Positions 1 to 9,400 of a stretch of 64,000 nucleotides of DNA are shown here, piece by piece. The stretch's first letter is position 1. Each line of letters begins with the position of its first letter. The DNA comes from Gemmatimonadota bacterium. Lineage in GTDB: Bacteria > JAAXHH01. Made by a program: the position numbers and the translations under genes. The stretch covers positions 26,858 to 90,857 of the forward strand of contig VXRC01000005.1 in assembly GCA_009838645.1 (NCBI GenBank). Reading direction: 5' to 3'. The notes beneath the pieces were generated by a model. The model saw only the letters and a list, made by a program, of their open reading frames with translations. It made no database searches and had not been told where the DNA came from.

Positions 1-1
1 C

Positions 2-574
2 GTGCTGGTCAACAACGCGGGTATCGGCCTGCTGAGCCCGGTGGACGGGATGGATCCGGAGGAATTGAAGCGGATCTTCGAGGTGAATTTCTTCGGCCTG
101 ATCTGGTGCACGCAGGCGGTACTGCCCCACATGATCAGACAGAAAAGCGGCCGGATCGTCAATGTCTCATCCGTCGCCGGCAAGCGGGCGCTGCCCCACA
201 TCTCGGCCTACAGCGCAAGCAAATTCGCTGTGCAGGCCTTTTCGGACAGCCTGCGCATGGAAGTGGCCGAACACGGCATCACCATTACGGTCCTGTGTCC
301 GCCCCGGGTCGACACGACGTTCCACGACACGCCCCTGATGAGACAGAAGGGGCAGCGGATGAGCGCCCCTTCGATCTCCGCCGAATACGTGGCCACGGCC
401 ATTGTCCGCGCCGCCCGCCGGGGAAGCCGGGAAGTCGTGGTGTCCTTCTACGGCAAGTTCTTCGTCTTCTTCCACTGGTTGTCGCCCCGCCTCCTGGAAT
501 GGATCATGAAGCACCTCTGGATGCGGCTTGACACGAAGAAGACCGAAAGGACGGGCAGCGACGAGCAACCTTGA
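2..574 (+). CDS. Short-chain dehydrogenase/reductase (SDR), C-terminal fragment; the 5' end lies outside the window
   Basis: The translation shows SDR hallmarks: NNAG, the catalytic S...YSASK motif and the PGxxxT region. The ORF is open to the window edge and its stop is at 572-574. Confidence 0.7.
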   Translation: MLVNNAGIGLLSPVDGMDPEELKRIFEVNFFGLIWCTQAVLPHMIRQKSGRIVNVSSVAGKRALPHISAYSASKFAVQAFSDSLRMEVAEHGITITVLCPPRVDTTFHDTPLMRQKGQRMSAPSISAEYVATAIVRAARRGSREVVVSFYGKFFVFFHWLSPRLLEWIMKHLWMRLDTKKTERTGSDEQP

Positions 575-611
575 AGTCCGCCATGAAGCCCCGCGCTGAA
601 GTCCGTCCCGG

Positions 612-2036
612 CTATCCGTTCACCGATTTCGAAATCTCTTCGACCGCGCCGAGGAGTCTATCCACCTCGGCCGCCGTGACCATGATGTGCATCGAAGCGC
701 GGTTGGCGTCCCAGCCGACCTGCAGGTGGGTCACGCTGCGGATGTAGATGTTGTAATTTTCCATCAGCTTCATATTCAGATCCCGCGTCGGCACGCCCTT
801 GATCCTGAAGGGGACCAGTCCGGCGTGTAACCGTGGATCCTCGGAAGCGAACACCTCCACGCCGCCGATATTGCGGAGTCCGTTGGCCAGCTTGCCGGCC
901 AGGTAGCGGATGCGGGCCTCGATCCCTTCAGGGGTCAGGTGGTTGTGGAAATCGAGCGCCGCGTTCACGGCCGTCCACTTCGCATAGCAACTGGAACCCC
1001 GGCGTGTGTACTGGCCGGCAGAACTCATCCGCTCGAGCCAGCGCTCGTTCGAGGAGAGGTCTTCGCCGTACATGTTCTTCCCCGCGAAGGGCGTGGTCGA
1101 GGTGACGGGCTGGATCCGGTCGAACATGTCCTCTTTCACATAGAAGAAACCGGACTGCATGGAGGCCAGCATCCACTTGTGCGACGGACCGGCGTACATG
1201 TCGCATGCCAGGTCGTGCATGTCGAGCTTGACCATGCCCGGAGGCTGGGCGCCGTCGACCAGTGTGATGACGCCCTTTGATCTCGCCATCTCGCAGATCT
1301 CCTTGACCGGCATGAACAGTCCGTCCGTGTAGTTCGTGTGACAGAAGCTGAGCAGCTTGGTCCGTGGCGTGATCGCGGCCTCGAAGGCTTTCAGGAGATC
1401 GTCCGGCGACTTCGGCGGATGAAGTTTCGGGTCGGACAGGTCGATGACGCCTACGTTCAGCTTGTCCCGGTGCGCCCGGTTCAACACGGGGTTCGTGCCG
1501 GCGCCGTGGCAGTGGTTGGTATAGAGGATCTCGTCCCCGGGTTCGAGGACGGGACCGAACGTACCCGTAATCATCCCGTCGGTCGTATTGTTCGCCAGGG
1601 CGAGCTCGTTGGGTTTGCAGCCGACGTACGCGGCGAATTTGGCCATGAACGCGTCGGCATAGTCCATGGTATAATGATTCTGCCTGAAATCCACGTAATC
1701 GTTGTTGATGCGATTCAACGCGTCGATCTGCGCCATGTGGACGCTGCGCGGCGAAGGTCCCCGCGTCCCGGTATTCATGTAGGCGAGGTCCGGGCGGATC
1801 AGGAACTGTTTCGTGACCAGTTTCCAGAACTGTTCGTCATCGGGCGCGGCCGCCGCGCCCATATCGTTCATGTCCACTGCCGCGTGGGCGGTTTTCGCTC
1901 CCAGCGACAGCAGGGCGGCGCCAGCCAGCGTGCCGCCGAGAAAGCGGCCCAGGAAACCCCTGCGGTTGAGTGCCGCAAGTTCCCTGGGATCTTCGAATCT
2001 CGGATCGAAGTTCAGATCCGGCGAGAGGGGATTCAT
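612..2036 (-). CDS. Class V aminotransferase-fold PLP-dependent enzyme (isopenicillin-N epimerase / cysteine desulfurase-like) with a Tat signal peptide
   Basis: The N-terminus carries a twin-arginine motif RRGFLG followed by an h-region and AHA. A PLP-lysine motif AGPSHKW is present and the fold-type I layout is intact. A GGAGG RBS sits 6 nt upstream of the MNPLSPD ATG, so the start was trimmed from the 2078 ORF to about 2036. Confidence 0.7.
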   Translation of the reverse strand: MNPLSPDLNFDPRFEDPRELAALNRRGFLGRFLGGTLAGAALLSLGAKTAHAAVDMNDMGAAAAPDDEQFWKLVTKQFLIRPDLAYMNTGTRGPSPRSVHMAQIDALNRINNDYVDFRQNHYTMDYADAFMAKFAAYVGCKPNELALANNTTDGMITGTFGPVLEPGDEILYTNHCHGAGTNPVLNRAHRDKLNVGVIDLSDPKLHPPKSPDDLLKAFEAAITPRTKLLSFCHTNYTDGLFMPVKEICEMARSKGVITLVDGAQPPGMVKLDMHDLACDMYAGPSHKWMLASMQSGFFYVKEDMFDRIQPVTSTTPFAGKNMYGEDLSSNERWLERMSSAGQYTRRGSSCYAKWTAVNAALDFHNHLTPEGIEARIRYLAGKLANGLRNIGGVEVFASEDPRLHAGLVPFRIKGVPTRDLNMKLMENYNIYIRSVTHLQVGWDANRASMHIMVTAAEVDRLLGAVEEISKSVNG

Positions 2037-2207
2037 GGGAGTACCTCCGATTCGGGCCGACCGCAACCGGTGCCGCACCGGGTGGTTCCTGCACGGTTTT
2101 CATCCGGTTGAAGGCGATCTGGATATAATGGGGAAGAGATACTATTATCAATGCGTCAAAGAGCGATTTTAGGCAACCTGTTTTTGACTCGAAGGCTAAG
2201 AAATCAC

Positions 2208-2235
2208 TTGACAAGACACCCCCTTTCCGTATATT
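2208..2235 (+). promoter_or_regulatory. Sigma70-like promoter (TTGACA, 16-nt spacer, TATATT) for cspA, leaving a roughly 145-nt 5' UTR
   Basis: The hexamers were read directly in the divergent intergenic region. A long 5' UTR is typical of cold-shock cspA mRNAs. Confidence 0.4.
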
Positions 2236-2382
2236 TGCCCGAAGGTGCAAATCTCTTAATCCTCTCCCCAGACAACCCATGCGCGACCGTGACCAGACAT
2301 CCCACCGTCTTTGTCGGTGGCGCGTATTTATTGAGGTTTGTCAGGGAGACTTTTTCTTCCTGAGAAGGGTAGGAGTGTCAGT

Positions 2383-2589
2383 ATGGAACGCGGCACGGTA
2401 AAGTGGTTTAACGAACGCAAGGGGTTCGGATTCATCGCGCGTGACGATGGGGACGATGTGTTCGTACACTATTCAGCGATCGTCGCACAGGGATTCAAGA
2501 CGCTGAATGAAGGCGATGAAGTCACCTTTGACATTACTGAAGGTCCCAAGGGACTCCAGGCCGCTAACGTAACCAAGGTGTCCGGTTAG
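2383..2589 (+). CDS. cspA: Cold-shock protein, CspA family
   Basis: The 68-aa translation carries the RNP1/RNP2 motifs KGFGFI and VFVHY. An AGGAG RBS lies 6 nt upstream of the ATG. Confidence 0.9.
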   Translation: MERGTVKWFNERKGFGFIARDDGDDVFVHYSAIVAQGFKTLNEGDEVTFDITEGPKGLQAANVTKVSG

Positions 2590-2706
2590 AGACACCGTCA
2601 CAGCACTGTTCACAAGTGTGATAGCCCGTGGACTGATCCGCACAGTACACGGGCTATTGTGTATCAACGGACCCGCCCGAACGCCGGGCGCCCTGGAGAC
2701 GCCAGT

Positions 2707-3603
2707 ATGCCCGGCAGAGAATCGCCTGTTCCGGTAATCGACTTCGACACGCCCGCGCTCGAGTTTGACTTCCCCAGCCTGAAAATCGGATTCGCCGAAT
2801 ACGACGAAGGCCCGACCGGATGCACGGTCTTCCTTTTCGACGAAGGTTTCGTCACGGCCGTCGACGTGCGCGGCGGTATGCCCGGCGTGGTCGAATCCGA
2901 GTACCAGTTCCACCACGCCATCTGCTTCGCAGGGGGTTCGTTGCACGGGCTGGAAGCCGTTTCCGGCGTGCGGGCCGTCCTGACCGCTGCGGCGGCGCCG
3001 AGCAATCCCCCGCCCCTCCCGCTCGTCGCCGGCGCGATCATCTTCGACTGGTTCAACCGGAAGGGTTTCGTGTACCCGGACAAGGCGCTTGGCAAAGCGG
3101 CCGCGGAAGCGGCTGCCCCGGGCCGGTTCTACTTCGGCCGGCGTGGCGCGGGACGCTGGGCCGGCGTCGGCCAGGGAGGCGCTTTTCGCGAGATCGGAGC
3201 GACGAAGATCGCGGTGTTCAGCGTGGTAAACGCCCTGGGTGATATCGTGGACCGCGAAGGCCGGGTCCGCACGCGGGATCATCGCCATCCCTACGACAAG
3301 CTGGAAGCGCGCCTCGCCAGGGGCTCGAAATCCAGGTCCGACCAGGTGGGCAGGCATACCACGCTGACGCTGGTCGTGACCAACCAGAAATGGACCCAGG
3401 GTGAACTGAACCAGATCGGCAGGCAGGTCCACGCGTCCATGGCCCGGGCGATCCAGCCTTTTCACACGACACGGGACGGGGACGTGCTGTTTACGGCGAC
3501 GACAGGCGAGGTGGAGAACAGGCGCCTGAAGAGCACGACCGATTTCGGGTTGATCGCCTCGGAACTGGCCTGGGACGCCGTGCTGAACAGCCTGGGGGAG
3601 TGA
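2707..3603 (+). CDS. P1 (S58, DmpA/L-aminopeptidase D-Ala-esterase-like) family peptidase
   Basis: The translation contains GCTVFLF...VDVRGGMPG and AGGS...G regions characteristic of the DmpA/OAT Ntn-hydrolase family. The ATG at 2707 has a GGAG RBS, whereas the upstream GTG at 2659 lacks one. Confidence 0.55.
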   Translation: MPGRESPVPVIDFDTPALEFDFPSLKIGFAEYDEGPTGCTVFLFDEGFVTAVDVRGGMPGVVESEYQFHHAICFAGGSLHGLEAVSGVRAVLTAAAAPSNPPPLPLVAGAIIFDWFNRKGFVYPDKALGKAAAEAAAPGRFYFGRRGAGRWAGVGQGGAFREIGATKIAVFSVVNALGDIVDREGRVRTRDHRHPYDKLEARLARGSKSRSDQVGRHTTLTLVVTNQKWTQGELNQIGRQVHASMARAIQPFHTTRDGDVLFTATTGEVENRRLKSTTDFGLIASELAWDAVLNSLGE

Positions 3604-3643
3604 CGGCATGTATGCCCGGGTTGTCCCGTCGGAATGTTCCTCC

Positions 3644-6394
3644 CTACGGTTTAGGTAGATTCAGGTCGGGCACAACCCTCCGTGGAGCGATGCGTATCAG
3701 CGAAGCCAGACCTGCCGGCGAGTCTTCGTAGACCTCGAACTGATGGACATCCTCGTCGACGTCCCCGACGGGCGACGCAATCCCGGTCTCCGCGTCCACC
3801 GTATACAGTTTCGCCGTCCAGCCACCGGCCATGTACAATGCGCCTCCGTGTGAAGTCAGTCCGGTCGGCAGATCCTCTCCCACGCCGAACTCGGATGGGT
3901 CACCGACCGGCATCGCCGAGCCCGTCGAAGGATTCAATACGTACAGTCTTCCCGATCCGTAACCGACCATGTACAGGCTGCCTTCGTGAGAAGCCAGGCC
4001 GAAAGGGTGGGGTTCATCGACACCGAACCGGTCGGCATGGCCGACGGGCGTTGCTGCTCCCGTCACGGTATTCAGCGCGTAAAGTCGGGCGTTCGCCCCG
4101 CCGGCCATATACAGCGTTCCTTCGTGGGAAGCCAGTCCCGTCGGCTGGGTCTCGGCGACCCCGAATTCCACCGCGTCGCCGACCCGCATGGCCGCGCCGG
4201 TATCCGGGTCCAGCGTGTACAGCGCCGCGTTCCATCCGCCCGTCATGTACAACACGCCATTATGCGCGGCCAGACCGTGGGGTTCGTACTCGCCGGCGTC
4301 GAATAGCACGGTGTCTCCCACGGGTTGGGCTTCTCCCGTGTGAGGATTCAATCTGTACAGCCGGTCGGTCCCGTTGCCAACCAACAACAGTCCCTCCGAA
4401 AAGCCGGCTTCGTCGCAGCGCGGACCCGCTGGGTTGTCAAGAGCATCGAACCAGGTAAGCAGCTCCGGAGCGCTCGGTAGACACAGACCGTCATTGTCAT
4501 AGAAGAAAAACGCCAGAAGGTCTGTAAGGCCCGTAAAGGATCCTGGTATTTCCCCGGTGAACCGGTTTCCATGGAGAAACATGCCTTCGAGGTCGTCAAG
4601 CTGTCCCAACTCGGATGGGACAGGTCCGGACAGTTCATTATTGAACAGGTACAGCCCTTCGAGATCCTCGAGCCGTCCATACTCGGGCGGGATAGGTCCG
4701 GAAAGCTGGTTGTTGTGCAGCAACAGGTATTCGAGATTGTCCAGACTGCTCAGTTCTACCGGCAACGGTCCCGAGAGTTTGTTTCCATACAGGCTTAGCA
4801 GACGCAACTGGGCAAGATCACCCAGGACGGGGGGGATCTCACCGGAGAGACCGTTACTGTTGAGGAACAGCACCTCGAGATTCGTCAGATGTCCCAGTTC
4901 CTCGGGGATCGGTCCCGTAAACCTGTTTTCATCGAGGTCCAGACGTTCCAGGTTGATCAGTTGACTTAGTTCAATCGGAATGGGGCCGGACAATTCGTTT
5001 TTCCAGAGTATCACACTCTCCAGGTTGGCCAGATCGCCCAATTCCGGGGGGATCGTGCCGCTCAGCTTGTTTCTGTAAAGGTACAGTACTTCCAGGTTGT
5101 GCAGGCGTCCCAGTTCGGCAGGTACAGGTCCAAGCAGTTCGTTACTGTCCAGGGCAAGACGCTCGAGATTGGCGAGTTGACCCAGTTCTGCGGGGACGGT
5201 ACCGGTCAGGCGGTTTCTGCCGAGGTCCAGTCGCTTCAGGCTGGATGCCAGCCCCAGCTCCGGTGGTACGGATCCCGAAAGACCGTTGTTTTCGAGGTCC
5301 AGTACTTCCAGGTTGGGCAGCAGGGCGAGTTCGGCGGGAACCGTACCCGATATCTCGTTCCCGCCGAGATTGAGGATCCTCAGTTCCGCGAACTGAGTTA
5401 ATTCGACGGGGATGCCACCGGATATCTGATTGAACGCCAGGTCCAGTTCCCTCAGCAGGTCGAGATCGACGAGGCTTGCGGGCAATCTGCCCGACAGGCC
5501 GTTCGCTCTCAGCTCCAGGCGGATTACTCTCCCGTTCGCGTCGGTAGTTACGCCGTGCCACTCGCTCAGGGGCACTTCTTCATTCAGCCAGTTTTCATTG
5601 TCTTCCCAGTCTGGACCACTCAAGGCGTGGTAGAATCCGACCAGCGTGGTGCGGTCGTTGACAACGATGGCCACGGTTACGGGCACGCTAGTCGAGACCG
5701 CGCCGGAGGTGGCCGTAACGACCGTACGGCCGCTGCTCACCGAGGTAACCGTTCCAGCGTCGCTTACCGTCGCCACCGTTTCATCGGCACTCACCCATTT
5801 CACCAGCGCGTCTTCGACTATCTGACCGTTCTCGTCCAGGACCGTGGCCGTCAGTCCGGTGGTCTCGCCGGCCACAGTCAGCGACACGGACGCCGGTGCG
5901 ACGGTGATCGTCCCTGCCGACTGGGATACGGTAACCGAAGCAACCGCCTGTTTCTGTCCCACGGTGGCCGCGATGTCGGCCGTACCGTTACTGTGGGCGG
6001 TGACGAGCCCGCCGCCGCTCACGGAGGCTACCGACGGATTCCGGCTCGACCAGACCACCTCGTAGCCCGTCAACGCGTTGCCGGTCTCGTCCTGCACCTG
6101 CGCCGTAAGCTGAACGGACTGACTGATCGCCGTGATGGTAATGGCGCTCGGAGCCACTACGACTTTAGCCGGACCGGTCGGACGTGTGGGACTGTCCTCA
6201 CCGCATGAGACCGCGGCAAACAGGGCGAAAAGGAAGAAGATGGGGATCCGGGTTTTATGGGAGGACGTCTTCGGTGTTTGTAGTATACCGGCAGATGAAA
6301 CCGATTCACGATTGGACCGGCGTTGAAAACACATGTAACGCACCTCCTGGTGGGATGAACTGCGACAGGTGTCGCGTTTGCCCGTGATTCCCAT
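3644..6394 (-). CDS. Surface lipoprotein with three Big_2 Ig-like domains, about 12 plant-type leucine-rich repeats and five C-terminal ~46-aa repeats
   Basis: A lipobox LFAAVSC is followed by three Big_2-like units (VTxxSxxxxVATV...G.A.ITA). The LRRs are 24-residue repeats of the form LxxLxxLxLxxNxLSGxIPxELGxL. Five C-terminal repeats follow the pattern NPxTGxAxPVGDxxxFGVxExxPxGLASHxGxLYMxGG. The exact start is uncertain; the first in-frame ATG is near 6334. Confidence 0.7.
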   Translation of the reverse strand: MGITGKRDTCRSSSHQEVRYMCFQRRSNRESVSSAGILQTPKTSSHKTRIPIFFLFALFAAVSCGEDSPTRPTGPAKVVVAPSAITITAISQSVQLTAQVQDETGNALTGYEVVWSSRNPSVASVSGGGLVTAHSNGTADIAATVGQKQAVASVTVSQSAGTITVAPASVSLTVAGETTGLTATVLDENGQIVEDALVKWVSADETVATVSDAGTVTSVSSGRTVVTATSGAVSTSVPVTVAIVVNDRTTLVGFYHALSGPDWEDNENWLNEEVPLSEWHGVTTDANGRVIRLELRANGLSGRLPASLVDLDLLRELDLAFNQISGGIPVELTQFAELRILNLGGNEISGTVPAELALLPNLEVLDLENNGLSGSVPPELGLASSLKRLDLGRNRLTGTVPAELGQLANLERLALDSNELLGPVPAELGRLHNLEVLYLYRNKLSGTIPPELGDLANLESVILWKNELSGPIPIELSQLINLERLDLDENRFTGPIPEELGHLTNLEVLFLNSNGLSGEIPPVLGDLAQLRLLSLYGNKLSGPLPVELSSLDNLEYLLLHNNQLSGPIPPEYGRLEDLEGLYLFNNELSGPVPSELGQLDDLEGMFLHGNRFTGEIPGSFTGLTDLLAFFFYDNDGLCLPSAPELLTWFDALDNPAGPRCDEAGFSEGLLLVGNGTDRLYRLNPHTGEAQPVGDTVLFDAGEYEPHGLAAHNGVLYMTGGWNAALYTLDPDTGAAMRVGDAVEFGVAETQPTGLASHEGTLYMAGGANARLYALNTVTGAATPVGHADRFGVDEPHPFGLASHEGSLYMVGYGSGRLYVLNPSTGSAMPVGDPSEFGVGEDLPTGLTSHGGALYMAGGWTAKLYTVDAETGIASPVGDVDEDVHQFEVYEDSPAGLASLIRIAPRRVVPDLNLPKP

Positions 6395-6433
6395 GTCTCT
6401 TCGTCGGAGAAGTCTCCCGCGTCCAGCGGGACG

Positions 6434-9400
6434 TCAGAAGCTTATGCGTCCGATGAGACCTATGCGGTGATGGACAGGTCCGCCCCTTTGATCGACACGC
6501 GAGCCTGAAAGCTCCAAGGAACCGGAACGCCGACTTCGGACCGGGGTGCCGACGCGGGTTCCGATCCGCACCTGCCGCCGTTCATCGCCGTAGAGATTCA
6601 TCTCGCCGAAAGAGGTGAACAGCACGCCGGCGGAAGAAGCCAGGCCATACCCCACCTCGGTCCGCAGGGAATGGGCGTCGTTTCTTCCGCGTAAATCGGA
6701 TCCGGCAAGCGGCCGGTCGCGCCACATCATGCCGGAGTCGCCGGCTCCGGCGCCCACGCGCGGGGCCACGGACATCATAAGGCCCCGCCCGTCCGCGTCG
6801 GGATTCATGAAGGCGACCAGGGAGAACCCGTGTTCGCTGTAACCCTGGCCGGTATGGACGGCCAGGAACCTGCCTCGTGCGTGCACGCCGATCCGGTTTC
6901 CGGCCAGCCGCAGGCCGCCCGATACCTCGAGGCCCTGTCCGGTTCGTCCGTCGCCGCCGTCATGGCGTCCGGCCACCTGGACATAGGGGGTTGCCGTGGC
7001 GCCGCCGCCCAGAGATGCCGATCGCGAACCTTCCAATCCGATGCGCATACGCTGGACGCTGGCGACAATATCGCGCAACGCGGCTGATCCACTATCGGAG
7101 GTGGAAACGCGCAGCAGTCCCGCGTCGCCCACCACGTCGATCCCCATGCTTCCGGAGGAGGCCAGCCGCGACCGCAGCCCCGCCATGCCCATTCGCATGT
7201 CCAGATCACTGGCGTCCGTTCCGTCGTCGACGTTACCGGAACCGAGACCCAGGATCGTCCACACTTCGGTGCAGCATCCCTCCCCAGACCAGCGCGCGTA
7301 GGGCAGTACGCTGGCGAGGCTGGCCTCAAGGCTTCCGCTGGCCACGGCGACGTCGTAGTCGGACCGTCCCATGGTGTAGGAGAGGGCGATACCGGCCATC
7401 CAGCGCTGCCGCGCGGCCAGGTCTACGCCGAGATAGGCCGTCGTCGTGTTGCCGTCAAATGAGGCGCCGTCCGCGGGTTCGTTCTTGAAACGCTGCCAGT
7501 CGCCGGCCCCCCATACGCCCCATCGAAGACGGTCGCCGGCGGCCTGGTCGTCGAAGGCGTAGGAGAAGGCGCTGGACCGGAGCAGGTAATCTCCGCGGCC
7601 ACCGTCCCGATGCCGTCCGCCGTCCATCAGCGCCATTTCTCTTGACGAATCCCGGTTTCGGTGCCCAGTCACGTCAGCCAGCGCCGACACGGCGGCCGCG
7701 GGACCGTCGATCCTGCGTCCACCCACGACCACACCCTGGCCGCCGCCGGTGAAACGCCCTCCGACTGTGGTCGAAACGCTCGATAGCATGCCGCGGCCCA
7801 TGGCGGCGAGGATATCGGTATACGTCTCGCGTTCCGCCAGGACGGCCGTGACGGTTACGCCGAAGACGAGGCTGGCCTCACCGGCCGCGTTCCTGGCGGA
7901 GAGGGTCACCGTGGCCGATCCTTTGCGCACACCCGTTACGCTCAGCGTGGCGCCGGAGAGGACCGCTTCGGCCACGCCGTTGTCCGACGAACTCACCGAA
8001 TAGGTCGGCGAGGTGCCGCTGAAGAGCGCGCCCGCATCGATCGTCTCGGAATCCCCCGCTTCCAACGTGACCGGCGGCACGACGCCGGAAACCGCCGGAG
8101 CCTCGAAGGCATCGCTTATCTTGAGCGTCGCGGCGCCGAGATCCCGGCCATTGAAAAGCGCTGTGAAGATGATCGTTTCGTCCCCCAATTCGTACACATA
8201 GTCACGGACGGGCGTGATGGTAAGCCCCGTCGATCCCTCCGTCTCCCCGCCGGGAATCGAGATACTCAGATTTCCGCTCACACTGTAGTCGTCGCCGGCA
8301 GCTGTGCCGGAAAGCGAGAGGGGGATCACAACCGCGACCGGTATGGCCAGACCCGTCCGCGTCGCCGTCACGGTCACGGGCTGCGCGCCGGCGGCCTCCG
8401 ACACGGCGGCCGGACTCACCGTAAGCGTGATGTCGGGCACGTGTTCTGTAACGTCGAAATAGATCCCCGATCCGATGATGTATTCCGTTCCGCCGTAAGT
8501 CGCGGTCTCCGCGTAACTCACCTTCGGCGAGCCGGATGCTTCATCTCCAACTACGTCCGGGTTGTCGAAGTAATACTCGACGAAACCGCCTCCGGCCTGT
8601 GCGGCCATGATGATTTCACGGGTGTAAAAGACCCCGTTGAGGTCCTGGTGATCATAGAGGTTCACGTTTTCCAGCGATGAATTGGCGCCGTGAAACAACA
8701 ACACGCCGTCGTCCCGATAGATAAACAGGTAAACCGCCCCGTGCTTCCAGGGACCGTCTTCTTCTCGGAGCGCTCTTCCTATCTGCGCCGGTGGCGCTTC
8801 CGGACCGGAGCCCGTCAGCGCAAAGGCCTCCTCCGACCAACTGGCCGCGCCCTTCACGAAAGATCTCAGCGTTTCCCGGTCCATAACGTCCCGCGCCCAT
8901 ACCGCGGGTGGTTCCGGCAGTTCCGATTCCTCGCCGCTCGTTATGTACTGATTGAAACCGGCCGCCACCACCCAGGTCTGGCCGGTCTGCGCAAGGGCAT
9001 AGGGGATCGCATAGGCAACCCGGTCCGGAGGAGATGTCGAGGCGATCCGGAGCGGATCGACACCTTCCACATCGGGATCGTCCCACGTGTAATCGACGAA
9101 ACCACCGCCGGCCGCTGCCGTCTCCAGGATCTTTCGGACGACCAACACTCCGTTGTCGTCTTCCAGGTTGCTCGCGTCGATACCGTCCCGGGTAGGGTCG
9201 TCCGCGTGCAGGAACACCGTGCCGTCGGGATGGAACAAGACGAAATACATCATGCCGGGCACTCTCCAGATCCCCTCCGATCGGATATCCGCCTGGAGTC
9301 GGACGGCTTCGTCCGCGGTGTCTATGGTATCCAGGTAATCCCTGAAACCCGTCACGAAGGATCGAAGCGTCTCGCGGTCCACCACGTCGGCCGCCGTTAC

